NCBI GenBank assembly: GCA_040954595.2 | Contig: CM082578.2 | Coordinates: forward strand, 4,136,831-4,200,830 | DNA: 64,000 bases | Reading direction: 5' to 3' | DNA from: Balanoglossus misakiensis | Lineage: Eukaryota; Animalia; Hemichordata | Shown: piece by piece, positions 1-13,159 of the stretch | How positions within the stretch are numbered: position 1 is the stretch's first letter | How the letters are laid out: each line of letters starts with the position of its first letter | Program-made: the position numbers and the translations under genes | Notes under the pieces: model-generated | Seen by the model: the letters and a program-made list of their open reading frames with translations, nothing else | Told to the model about the DNA's origin: nothing | The model's database searches: none

Positions 1-635
1 TCTAGCTGCCCTTTTTTCATGCATTTTGTTTGAAACAAGACACCGTTTATGTTTTTCTACACGTGGATATATGGAGAATCAACATTCAACGACACACAAC
101 TTCCATCCCGTTTGTAAGATATGACAGTAAAAATCCCGCCAAAATGAATAAATGGTAAACACCGATTATTAATTTTGGTGAGTTTTTCACTCTCGTGTCT
201 ACAAGTTGGATAGATGTTGTGTGTGGTTGAATGTTGATTCACTATATATCCACATGTAGAAAAATATGTAAACGGTGTCTTGTTCCAAATATAATTAATG
301 GAAAACGGGCAGCGAGAGAGATTGTCCCTTTAAAGTGACGTTTGTATTTAGTCAGTATGTGACTGCTTCCTTCAAGATGGATATATGGCGGGCGCCAAAT
401 GTGGAGAAAGATTTGCTGACTATTTTTGAAACACACGACTTCCTCATCATTTTTGCCATAGGTTCATAATCTGTCTTTCACGGACTTTACTTTGTTCTGT
501 GTTTTCTTGATAGTCTCTATCGTTTTGTGACTGTCTCTGCAACTGGTGGTGTAAATACTGTATATTTGACCTATGAACCCATTGTTTGGTAAAGTTGCAC
601 CTCTAAAGAGGGGACTGGGGTGAAAGGGTTATTAA

Positions 636-3600
636 TTAAGCTTTTCCTGCAATAAAAAAAATTGCCACTGGCCAAAAAAATGCAGAAGGAATCTTCAAGA
701 AATTGCAGCTACCAAATCTTTGTTCAAAGGCGCTGTTCAAATTATATAGCAAATCTCATATTAAAGCCAAATTTATTTCGTATACTTAGGGCTTGCTTGA
801 GAGAGCCAGGGGCAAGTGGTGGAAAGCCATCTAAGGCCCAGCTGACCAATATCTCATGCTGTTCCTTCAACTTTAAAGGCGGAAATTCTTGGCCAACTCG
901 ATGTGCATCTACCTGGAATTGTGAGATAAAAGTGAAATGTGTCAAGCTGATGCAACTCTTTAGTACAAGGGGCCTTTAAAACAAATCCATGGTAAAAAGG
1001 AATTTCTTTGTTGGTTGCAATTTCACACTAGTCTACAAACTCATGCAAATTTCGCAAGTGCCGTAGCCAGATATGGATACTTTTCTTGTGTCATCAGTGA
1101 GCTTAGAAGAAAACTGGTGTGTTAAGTTACTTTATCAATCAATAATCTATCCCATTTGGGGCAATCAGCATTGCACCAATGCCATACACAACTATATATG
1201 AACTGATATGTGAATTGCTTATAATTGACAAAGACTACAAATGCAATAATCAGTGTTTACAATTTATTCATTTTGGCGAGATTTTCACTCTCATATGGGA
1301 TCCTACAAACGTGATGGAAGTTGTGTGTGGTCGAACGTTGATTTACCATATATCCACATGTAGGAATAACATAAACGGTGTCTTGTATCAAACATAGTTA
1401 CTAGAAAAAGAGCAGTGAGAGAGAGACTTTGTCCCTTTAAACTGAGTGCGACTGAGAATTTTAACATGAATCTGAATCCCAAATGTTTCATTTTTCTTAC
1501 CCAAAATCAACCCAGTGTTTTTCTGTTGTGACTGCCCGACAAACTCCATACTAAAATCAGAATGCAGTATTTCAACAAACATGTATTATGCCACAGCATA
1601 GACCAGTCTGCGTATATACTTACCACAATGGCACTGAGCACAGCACATCGGTATAAAGGCATCTTATTAAACGAACTTCTATGAAAATATTCATTGAAGT
1701 CTTTGAAGTGTTTCAAATTCTTTGTTTTGACCTGTATTAAAAGAAGTAACATGTTTTGTCAACCCACCATTCAGACTACATTCAGCAAATAAAAGACAAG
1801 TTTCCGTTTGCGCTGGCAAAAAGAATACGGTGTCAATGATCTCATAGATATATGAGGTGTGTGGGTATCACTGGTTTTTAAAAGAAAAATAACTGTACTA
1901 ACTTTACTCATAGCAAAGGTGAGTCAATTTGAAAATCTTAATTTTGACAATAACATGGAGTGCAGTTTACAGACGTCAATGGAGGGTAGTATATTGAAGT
2001 CCAAAACCCCCTGATATATTTTTTATCAGACACTGATGTTCACTCTGACGTCACCGTATGTACCTGTACAACCACCATTGTACCTATACCATCCATATAC
2101 AAAGAAACACTAGGATGACCTGAGTTGACCTCTGTGACACTGAGAGATTGTGAACTGAACTAAATTGACATTGCAAATGCAATTGCCAGGTACACAAAAA
2201 GTTGAACTGCCTATTGTAGACTGATTATGCAATTCTTTCAAGTGAAAAATATTAGTAGACTTTAGATCAGGTATTTATGTTTACTATTGGAAAATATTAC
2301 AAACTCATTCAAACAACTGTGAAAGACAAATTTTAAAAAGTAAATCCAAAGTCATCACTGTTCTATTGAAAAGACCTAAGGTGACATATTAACACAGACA
2401 GACTGACTGGAAGACAAACTGTAATTTAATTAAGACAAGGACTGACAACTATGATGTTTGATTGACAATAAGAAATACATGAATTTAATAGAGAATAATA
2501 TATCTGTCCAACTTCCAGCACATGAATGGTTGTTGAAGTTTTACTGCAAGACGAATAAGATGTAAGACATTGACTTAAGATGGCATTGCATGAAAAGTTG
2601 TGATTTTTGCCAAATTTTACTTTTTTACATAAATCGGTAGGTCTAATACCGATCCACATCCTGACTAATACGCCTTGGCGGAAATGGTGCATAATCACCC
2701 CAAAATAGCACTTTTCTGAATGAGTCCACAGCTTAAGAAATAGGTGTCAACGATGCAAATGGCCGTTTTTCTCAGTTTGCATTTTCGCTGCTCTTGACAA
2801 CTTCAGAAGAATTTAGCTTCGCTCTGCGTTGGCCGAATTTGCTCAAATTTTAACAGGGGATTGTGTATGACCCATCCAACAAAGCTTTTTTTTTTAGTTG
2901 ATAAAGTGTCCCTGGGAATAAACTCTGATTCAATACAACTCACCGTGAATTTGATCAAATTTTCTAAAAATCTAACTTTCAAACGCTGTTACTCCTCAAT
3001 AGAAGCAGATAACGCAAAACAAAATTACCGTTTTTTTGCATGTGTACTCTAGGTTCGAATGACATATTAAGATGATGCATGGTCAACTTTTTTACCTAAA
3101 TTAAATTGAATGACATAATATCAAAATATATTTTTTTAACCCAAAAACGCCACTATTTCTGGGGATCAATAATGTATGCAACTGAAACAAAAGTTCAAAA
3201 ACTCAGCTTCCAGAATATATATGGTTTATGGGGGTTTTAACGTTGTCTTTGATGAGAAATAGGCCTCTGAAAAAGTCTCGACGGTTTCATGCAATGCAAC
3301 CTTAAAGTCCCTATAGCTGCCAGATTTCACATATTTTTTCCACAGTAAAATACTTCAAATAAATTCCTCATCCTGTAAAATCCTCACCATAATAAGCCAT
3401 ATTACTTGCATTTGCATCAGTTTGTCATCTCTTCAACTCTTGGCGACGCATACCAGGATAGCTGCATACTGTTTGTATGGAGGCTGATTAAATCGGTGCG
3501 GCACCGTTTCAATACATAGTGTGTTCTAATTACATTACAACATGCAGTCACAATTGGGCATCGATAAGGTGTTCATGTATACCTATCAGTAAGCTTATTT

Positions 3601-6600
3601 AGTCTTAGTCTCAATTTAAGTTGGAAAATAAAATCACGTTGGACACTGATTTTGTGTTTGCTCCTTACAGTTTGGCTTACTACAGTTAGAGCCGACAAGA
3701 CTACCATTATATCTGAAATTTATATCCTGTCGACACTTATTTATTCATACTGTAGGTATTCCATATAAACAAGTTGGCTGATTGACACGTTCAGGTATGA
3801 TTGAGCACACAATATGGAGGTTGTCTGCAGTCATTTAGTTGAAGGAAGTACAATACGCATGCCCAGCCTTTTCTTTTCTTTCTTTGAATGGTTGACACTT
3901 GAGGGTGCTACAGCCATTTTAGGAGAAATGCAATGTGGGAAATTTTTGTGAACAATAAATTTTTGCAATTACTCAGAGGCCAGAAAAACGCAAATATCAA
4001 AAAGTGGTGTAAAAATGTTTTTCAGGAATAACGATGCTGTGAAAGATGAGAACGCAAAAATTATTATAGTCGTGTAACAGTTATACCTCTTTTGATATCG
4101 CGAAAATTTCCTGTTTTACAGTATCTTAATTAGGTTTTGATCATGGAATCATGATTCCTTTTCACACTATGGTGTGCTTATGAAATCTCTAATTTCAAAT
4201 CTCTTCATACCAGTACGTCCCTCCTCCCCACCCTCTCTAAGATTAGTTTACACAAAAGGTTATACAGCAATATTTATATACTGGTACCACAGGGATTTAT
4301 TCAGGGAAAGTTTAGAAATAATTATATGATAGAAACTGAATAAGTTTGTTGTTTGTCAGCTATTCTGTCTTTCTCTTACCGATACGATTCTAACCTGAAC
4401 ACTGAGGCTTCTCTGCTCTTACACAGTATAAACAATGGCACAGTATAATTATATGCATGATAAAATGCGCCCTCTTCAGTGTTTTCTCCAGGACGCGCGA
4501 TTGCGCAATTCCCCCTGCTTGAAGCGCCCCTTGTAACAAGTTCAAGGGGCGACCATCGCCCCTTCGTGAGCAGCCCACCCGGCCAGTACATGCGCGTCCA
4601 AGCCTCAATAGCAGGCACCGTCAGTCAAAACACTGGGATAACGGCCGATATCACTGCGTGCTGGCCTATACATTTTAACTTCCCACCCCCCAAAACTATG
4701 TTGTAGATGACTTTCATATTCAATTACTTGTAATTTAGCTCCAGGGCTATAGTGTGCAATTGTTGGAACAGCCAAAGAGTTCTATCTGTCTAAATTTAGC
4801 ACACACATTCAAGTGAACTTGTTGTTATGGCGACCTTTGAAATTGGGTTTGCAGAACGTAACAATTTTATGCAAATTAAAAGAACTGTGTTCATGCCATG
4901 GCCATTATCAAGAATGTATCAGTTTTCCAAGACCTGTTTTCTTACTTTGGAAGGAAAGTCATTCAATATGTACAGAGACTGTTTATTTGAGTAGTGTGCC
5001 TAGCCACAGATGGGGAAGTGTAGGCAGAAATCTGAAGAAATATATACCACTTCAGTTTATTTAAATATTAATGGTTTCACAATCTAATATTTTGGCAGCA
5101 AAACTGAAACTTTTAAAATCAAAATTTTTTCTCAGGTATAGTATTAAAGAAAGACACCATTGTTTTAGCAGTTGCATTTATTTTATTCATTTAAAGGGGA
5201 AATCCGTTGTAGCTGATTTCCACATAATTTGGTAGCTTTGAGGTCACTCTTTCAGAAAAAAACATATTCGCCATGTATAAGTCGCGCGATTTTTTACAAA
5301 ATCGAGGGAAAGTTGGCAGAATTTCCAATATGGCGTTTACTGTAATTTGAATCATGGGAAAAAAAGCGCCAGGACCAACTTCCGCCCACCTTGGTGTGGG
5401 TGATACCATTCTCCGATTGGTGTCACTGGGCGACAGACTAGGCGTATTTTCATAGCTATTGTTTGTTCTTTGCATCAGTTGATAAACAATCATCAGCGAA
5501 GTCGAAAATTTGTCATCTATTGACAGTTTTCATGAGCTATAACCCATGAAAAATATACAAATACACTTAGCCTGTGACGCAGTGACACCAATCGGAAAAT
5601 GGTATCACCCACACGAAGGTGGGCGGAAGTTGGTCCTGGCGCTTTTTTTCCCATGATTCAAATTACAGTAAACGCCATATTGGAAATTCTGCCAACTTTC
5701 CCTCGATTTTGTAAAAAATCGCGCGACTTATACATGGCGAATATGTTTTTTTCTGAAAGAGTGACCTCAAAGCTACCAAATTATGTGGAAATCAGCTACA
5801 ACGGATTTCCCCTTTAACTCTCCTTGCCAGGGGAGCAGTTAGTCACTCTCCTACCACTTGTGTAAATAATTTCAGGAAAGTTACTTTCAACTCTCCAGCA
5901 TTTTTTAAATTACACACCCTGAAAGTTATGCAAGCTGGAGTGTTCCTCTGCAAAACCTACTAATTTAAAGTAGAAAAATCGCGTCGAGGACACGGCGGTC
6001 CCATTGAGGGATTACACAAGAAAAAGTCTACACCGGAGTACATGGCCATATACAGACAGACAGGCACACACACACACATAGCGAGAGATCAATGGGCAAA
6101 CACTGACTGACCCATAAGCTGCCAATGGCATATGTACTGTACATACACTAAATAGAACAGCTGGCCTCTTGAAACTTAGCCAGTTATGTAATCATTCAGG
6201 AATTTGCTATGTTTATATGAAACACAGGAGGGAGTTCCTACCTAATTAAAACAACTCAATAAAGTAAATACACACCACTTTGCAAAGCAATCTGACCAGT
6301 AGTTCTTGAGTTACTGAGTTTTGACCAAATTCACATTTTTCCAGCTAATTTGCATATTTTTGGCAATGACAACTTCATTTGAACAAACTCCCATCTACAG
6401 CCTAGCCTGCATCTGCACACCAAATATCGAGGTTATACGCGCAGCGATTTTCAAGTTTTTGATGTGGACGGACATACAGACATACATCCATCCATCCATC
6501 CATACATACAGACGCAACCGATCCCATAAGGTCCCTTGGAAAAAACCAATGGGACCTAAAAAGCTGTACCTGTTAATATGTTGTCAAGTTCACATGTAAA

Positions 6601-9600
6601 ATTTTGTAGAAGGCAGTTAGTAAGTTAACATTCAAAATGGTCATTCCTTGATATTTACCTATAATTAACATAAATTATGCAAATCATGAGTCCCCTTATT
6701 ATGACCAAATCCCCCCTTAATTTTGGACTAAGGGGGGACATTCCCCCCTTCTCTCAACATCCTGGAGAAAACACTGCCTCTTTTGGTGAACTCTTCCTAC
6801 CGCCTGACCTCTACCTTGTCAAGGTAGGAGGTCAGCTGGAGGTCAGGTGGTAGGAAGAATACACCAAAAGAGGGCGCATTGCGCGAGTAGGGCAGCCTGA
6901 GTGTATCGGTAAGAGAAAAGTTAGAATCGTTAGGGTAAGAGAAAGACAGAAGAAGAAGAAAAAGCTGACCGATTATCAAATCCCTGAATAAATCCCTGTG
7001 CTGGTACATTGACTTACCGAAGACTGCTTACCATCTCCAAACCACTTGATATTTCTTTGATCTGGCAGTGACTCTTTAGCACACACTATTCCTGGCCACC
7101 ATGGATATCCTTTCAGTTTTCCCCACACCATTTCTTGTGCTTTGAACTCCAGCTCCCCCTAACAAAGAGAAGTGTTATTCTTTAGGAGTATTGCACAGTG
7201 CAACCTTTTACAGAGGCTACTACATGCAATGACTTATGAGCGGCCACAATTTTTTCTTACTCTAACCCTGACCTTGCCGATCAGAACGTGACCTTGGGAC
7301 ACCTTCTGGAAAGTGACCCAGGTCGTTGAGTGAGTGATCGAAGACAGTGCATTTGTAGGGCTTCCTTTCTGTTCGACGGCGATCACTCTGCAGCTCAACA
7401 TGCAACATGGAATTTTCATACAATATTCTCAGTGACTGTGGCAAAATTATAGTGAACCAGCGCATGGTGTTTATACCATGCATCTTAAACGGACAAAGTC
7501 TCTCTCTCGTTGCCCTTTTTCAATTAATTATGTTTGATACAAGACACTGTTTATATTATTCTACATGTGGATAGGTATAGTGAATCAACATTCGGTCACA
7601 CATAACTCCCTTCCCATTTGTAGACACAAGAGTGAATTAAAGCTGCAAGCAGCGTTGAAGGGGCCCAAGCATAGTGTGAATAACCATTAGACTCCATTCA
7701 GTGTTGTACAATTCAAATGCGTAGGCTGTATTTGCTCTCGATGTTGAGATATGGGGAAGTAGGCAACCACCCGAAATGCATGTCCTACAAGTACATACAC
7801 AACAACCAAAGGTGAACTTCTACGTTGTAAGTACTTCAGTAAGTACATCAAAGGTCAGCTGAGGTACCCAAAATTGGGACAAAAATTAGGATTCTCTTTT
7901 GGTTCATATTCAAGACAACGGAAAATCCCCGCCCTTTGGGTTTGTCAAATTAGATATGGCCATAATAATGAGTTACGCAAGTAAGTTACAGGTGGCCCCA
8001 GGAATTTAGCATTTCATGACACAGAGGGTCCTACCCTACCCCTCCAAACACCTGGCTATATATGATGTGCATGCTAACATATGGAAAGCAGGTCAATGGA
8101 CACCTGACGTCACCCAAAAATTTGACAATAAATTGTCATTCCTGTTTATGTCATGTGCAACAAATCATGCATCTGCAGCCCTTCCACTTTGCCTACCATT
8201 AGGTATACATGTAATACATGAATCAAGCAGGTGTCACAGGTATCCCCTTGTATTTGGCATTTCATGATAATTTCATCCCTCCAAATACCAAAGCTGCACC
8301 TGTACAACGTGCTGAGATGTGGCACTGTACGACAGAGGTCATCCAAATCACCTTATACGTTTGGGCAAAAATCAACTGACACACATTCGTCCCTGTGGAA
8401 CAAAAACCACACATATCGCCCCGTTGGTTAGTGTAAAATTAAATGTACAAAATCAATGACTTTGGCAGGTGCAACAGGTGACCCCGCCTTTGGTATACCA
8501 TTATGGTCCTATCCGTATATCCCCCCACTCCAAACCTGCATGCATCTGCTTTTATTCACTAAGCAAAAGCAGGTGAAATGTCACATAAGGTCGCCCACAA
8601 CTTGACAGGAAAATCGGACTTCATATTGATCCATGTGCAACAAAAATCACGCTAGCATCCCTTTCATTGACCCCACAATTACGCATGCACATAATTGAGT
8701 TACGCAGGTGACCCCCGAAACGGGCGTATTATTTTGGTCCCATACAGCTGCATGAACCTACGTGCCATTACGGGCGACCTGATAACCCCCACGGCCACCT
8801 GCGAGCCGACCCCCATACTGAACATCCAGTTGCAATGTCTTGACTGAAGTAGGAACTTTTGAACGGCAACGAAGCCTGATCTCTGATTATTGCTGGTACC
8901 ATACTCCCTTCGTGCAAGAAAATCACTGGTCTGCTTACGTATTCGGCCGATTTCCCGAACTAATACCCACTACATGTGACTACCATGCTAATGAAACCTG
9001 ACTCGCCCATTAGCGACTGAGGGTCAAAGTCCACTGCCGCAATGTTAACCAGTGTAGCCGGGTCTGGATAGAAACATTTGAACGGCAACAGCTAACAAAC
9101 TCAGCGTACTTCAATAAAACGCCCTAACACAGACTGAACTTTGATAATGTGTTGTCCCAAAATTCATTCCGTGGAAAATAATCACTGGTCTGTTTACATA
9201 TTTCAGCCGATTTTCCAACGAAGTGTGTACCCTGCTAATGAGACCTCCGCAGGATTACGTAATGACAGTGAAAGTCCGATACCCAAGTGTTCGTCCTCAG
9301 CCCACCAAAAAATGCGAAAAATATTACAAAAATCTTCTTCTCAAAATCGACTTGGCCTAGGACCTTGATATTTGGCACAGGCGATTTTGGCCACATAGTC
9401 TACAAAAATCGCGAAAAGAATGTACATGCCCCCATTAACGTGCACATTAGGTCAATTTGAAAATTTCGCTCGATTACAGACACAAAGTCACGTGACTAAT
9501 TACAAATTCAAAGGGCAGGTGCACTAGTACTCATGGGCCCCAACCACCGTGCAAAATTTGGTAGGCGCAGCTGCCGGAATTTCAGAGAAAAACGGGCGCA

Positions 9601-10581
9601 AAAAAACGACTCAAGAAGAAAGAAGAAAAACTCCAGCAATAACAGAAGGGGACCAAGCGCCTGAGGGCGCTTGGTCCCCTAAAAACTTGCCAAAATGCAT
9701 AATCTGTGTTTACCATTTATTCATTTTGGCGGGATTTTTACTCTCATATCCTCCAAACGGGACGGAAGGTGTGTGTGGTCGAACGTTGATTCACTATATA
9801 TCCATACGTAGAATAACATAAACGGTGTCTTGTATCAAACATAATTAATGGGAAAAGGGCACCGAGAGAGAGAGACTTTGTCCCTTTAAGCTCCTATAAT
9901 TGTAACTTGTGGGTATTGTGTATAAAATGTTGTATCATTTTCAATTTCCTGAATCATAATTTACAAGCAATATATATCATTACAGCAAAATTCACTTTTT
10001 TCTGTACTAGTTCTACAGATGCTCACGCCAAGCGGTTGATACATGTACAGTGAAATCTGTCCAATAAGGACACCTCTGGGAATATATGTAGAAAATGTGT
10101 CCTTAATAGCAAGGTGTCCTTAATAGACAGGTATTATTCTATTCAAACTGTGACTTTTGTCTTGAATAATCTGTCCTTAATAGAGAGGTGTCCTGATTAA
10201 AGAGGTGTTCGTAATGACAGGTTTCACTGTATATTTATATGGAACTAACTCTTTCATCACAAGTTCTACGCTCAAAGTGACCAGAGAGCATACAAGACTG
10301 CACTTTACCTGTCTAGGCTCCATTGTTCCAATCCCGGATGAAGTGGCTCTTTCCTCGGGAACATCTTCACCTGCCGCTGTCATTGAATCACTCTTCCTCT
10401 TTGCGGGTACTGAGACACTAGGATGACCTTGACATTCTATCTCTTCGTCTGCACTCCCTGTTCCAGTGTTTGTCATACACTCCATTTTCAGATCATTATC
10501 CTTTTCTGATGACTCTATCACTATAGACCATCTTAGATCACCACCACCACCCTCATCGACTGCATCTGTGATGTCTTCCAT
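636..10581 (-). CDS. DNMT3-type PWWP-domain protein, spliced; appears to lack ADD and methyltransferase domains within this window
   Basis: GT-AG exons 10309-10581 (MEDITDAVDEGG...; ATG assumed), 7018-7158 (MVWGKLKGYPWWPG...KWFGDGKQSS), 1624-1731 (VKTKNLKHFKDFNEYFHRSSFNKMPLYRCAVLSAIV) and 786-912 (VDAHRVGQEFP...LVSWALDGFPP) join in frame. The peptide aligns by eye to the DNMT3A PWWP (VWGKLRGFSWWPG, WFGDGK, YNKQPMYRKAI, WALGGF). The last exon is uncertain: the acceptor at 646 gives RKA-stop, and an alternative exon 464-570 also ends in a stop. Confidence 0.75.
2579..3301. mobile_element. Kolobok-type MITE
   Basis: TTAA flanks, imperfect TIR G(A/G)T(G/T)GCATTGCATGAAA. Confidence 0.6.
5195..5813. 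mobile_element. Kolobok-type fold-back MITE
   Basis: TTAA TSD, AGGGG termini, ~235-bp near-perfect inverted arms (5195-5429 and 5580-5813). Confidence 0.85.
5971..6562 (-). mobile_element. Helentron-associated (HINE/DINE-1-like) element
   Basis: Reverse complement starts TTTTTAGGTCCCATTGG...stem-loop, then a (GTAT/GGAT/GTCY) microsatellite and a terminal short hairpin. Near-identical inverted copy at 31234-31829. Confidence 0.7.
7637..9682. mobile_element. ~2-kb Helentron-like element inserted in a Kolobok-type MITE
   Basis: Splits the MITE sequence AGTGAA|AAACTTGCC with no clear TSD. Ends are TTAAAGCTGCAAGCAGC and the hairpin AGGGGACCAAGCGC...GCGCTTGGTCCCCT. An inverted copy of the same terminus lies at ~52090-52119. 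Confidence 0.65.
10048..10229. mobile_element. Tc1/mariner(pogo)-type MITE
   Basis: TA TSD, TIR CAGTGAAA(T/C)CTGTC, internal GTGTCCTTAATAG repeats. Confidence 0.75.
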
Positions 10582-11014
10582 CAAGTTCACTGTTGGTTTT
10601 TATAACAAATATATTAATAATGTCATCCAATGCAAGGTCATCCAATCCAATCATTCAAAGTTTTGGAAATTAATAAGTATCAGTTCACTATTACCAGATT
10701 TATTCTGTGAAAGCTAGCATTTCTTTTAGTCCTTAATATTTTCCCATTTACTTAAAAACTTCTCTTATTCATTCAAATACTGAATACTTTTATGCTAAAT
10801 CTTTTGGTTGCAATATATAGTGATATGATATATAGTGAATCAACGTTCGACTACACACAACTTCCATCCTACTTGAGAGTGAAAAACTCGCCAAAATGAA
10901 TAATCGTTCTCTACCATTTATTCATATCCTACAAATGGGATGGAAGTTGTGTGTGGTCGAACATTGGTTCAATATATATTCACATGAAGAATAAGGTAAA
11001 CAGTGTCTTAATAA

Positions 11015-12126
11015 GGGACCGTTCAGTTTTTATGGCTGGGGGGGGGGCAAAATCAAAGGGGGGTCACTTAAATTTTGAAGTCCAAAAGGGGGGGGGGGGT
11101 CATCTGTTTTTTTGAAACGTTCAGGGGGGGGTCACATACTTTTGCCACCGAACTTTTGCTTTTGAGTCCACAAAATTGCAGTTTCGCACCCTTTATTTTA
11201 CAAAATTTTCTAACGTGGGAGGGGGACACCCACCCCCTTCATTCTCCGCCACATTTCATTTTTTGCTGGTTTGTTTAGTGTACCAGGGCAGAGTGCTTGC
11301 CACCCTCAACCCCACCAATGATAAATTAATATTTAACAAAGTAAATACATAAAGGAGAATAATCGTTTAAACCATTTTGCATAACTGATAGTTTCGCGCT
11401 GCATCTTGTATATACTAGAAGTCTTATAAATGATGTCATGACGAAGATGATGCCAAATCTTCGAACTTTGAGTGGAGTGGCAAAAAGTAAAATTGGTCAT
11501 CCCAAACACTGAGATAATTTGCTTTTGGGTTCATTAAAATGCAACTTTGAGCTACATATTTTACAAAATTTTCTTATGTGGGAGGGGGACATCCACCCCC
11601 TCCATTCTTCGCCACATTTCATTTATTTGCTGGTTTGTCTAGTGTACCAGGGCAGACTTCTTACCACCCTACCCCCGATGCTTACTTTGAGTGGAGTGGC
11701 AAAATTAAAATTTGTCCTTCCTAACACTGAGTTAATTTGCTTTTGAGTTCAATAAAATGCAACTTTGAGCACCGTATTTTACAAAATTTTCTCATACCCA
11801 CCCCCGCCACTTTTCTTGTTTTACCAATCCTACCAACTATTGTATTGACTTGTCGTTTGAATTTATTCATAGATTTCTTTAATGCAACGCTATACTATTA
11901 TACCGGTATACTTCAATTACTTTAAGAAATTTATAATTGACGTGTGAGGAGCCTCATACCCTTTACTGCATACAGTGTACATAGGATCAGGACGGCGAAT
12001 GTTTTCGGCGTGGGGGGGGGGGGGGTCATCATATTTTTGGGTCTGTCAAAGGGGGGGGGTCATCATTTTTTGGTGTTGGGTGAAGGGGGGGTCAGCCTGA
12101 TTTTGAGAACCGATGACACAAACTTG
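11015..12126. mobile_element. Harbinger-type MITE, same family, right TIR lost
   Basis: TAA-GGGACCGTTCAGTTTTTA start, internal sub-repeats (actttgagtggagtggcaaaa), colinear with 60706-61772. Confidence 0.8.
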
Positions 12127-13159
12127 ACTTTTTCCCTTTAAACATTGAATATATATTTAGGCTAAATATATCGTCTACTTCAGCACGTGTTTCCAGATCA
12201 TTCCTGGAAAGATGGCAGAAGAAAGAATGCAAGTCAGCCAGTCATCAGACAAGCCTGTTTATTGGTTTTTCTGCAGCTAATTTGCCAGATTTGACTAAAC
12301 AATGTCAACCCCATGTGGCTAGCAAAAAAAGACTATGAACCAAAATGAAAAACACTCTTTCAAAACTCATACTTACATTTCACTGCAATATGATAAAATT
12401 ATTAAACATCTCATTAAAGCTTGGTGAACAATTTTTGAAATATGCTATTATCCTTGCATGTAGTTTGTTATTGTCACATTTGTTTGTTGACAGTTCAGGG
12501 TTGGTGTTCATTCACTATGTATACACAAGGGTTGAAACTAGCCCAGAACAGCAAAACTCAAGTGTCTTAGTTTGGAAAGCATCAGTGAAATTCAAATTGG
12601 ACCAATCAAACTTTCGGATTTACGCTAGTGCTGGCCAAAGCTGGACTTACAAGCCATTTGATTGGTCCAATTTGAATGTCACTACCCGCTGAACTAAGGC
12701 ACTTGTGTTTTGTCATCAAAATGTACGGATGTCAACAGAGAATGATGTGAAAAGAAAACAAATTGACTGGTGCATCCCAGAAATTAGGCCTTCTTGGATC
12801 ATGCATATTTCAAGATGACCACCCCATAGCATATATGCATCACGCTCACTAACTCAGACGGAGCAGAATTATACACAAATAGAAAAAAGAAAAGCTTGCG
12901 ATCGTATTCTCTTGTGAGCGTTTCCACCAGTACGTGTATGGGCAGGTCATGGAAGTCCAGTCGGACCACAAGCCACTTGAGACAATCCTAAAGAAACTCC
13001 TGTGCAAGGCATCTCCCCGACACATATGAAACCACTGACAGTGTTTTTGAAAGACATTTTCTCTCACTGACAAACAAACATTGATGTGATGTTTTCCAGT
13101 TCAAAAAAGGGAGATGTGATATAATTCTAAATAGTCTATATGTAATAATGACGTATGCA

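Larger units (their letters stand above)
4477..6776. mobile_element. hAT-like non-autonomous element with 6-bp TSD, hosting two nested elements
   Basis: 17-bp TIR CAGTGTTTTCTCCAGGA, TSD CCTCTT on both sides. Confidence 0.8.

Noticed and set aside
4376-4706. Overlapping GC-rich ORFs or an extra PWWP exon
   Set aside because: They mostly overlap a hAT-like MITE end, and the PWWP exons at 7018 and 1731 join without them.
5191-5817. Two near-identical ORFs on opposite strands
   Set aside because: They are a by-product of the inverted arms of a MITE.
12849-13073. Cys/Trp-rich ORF as an exon of the PWWP gene
   Set aside because: No recognisable domain or convincing splice-site pair.
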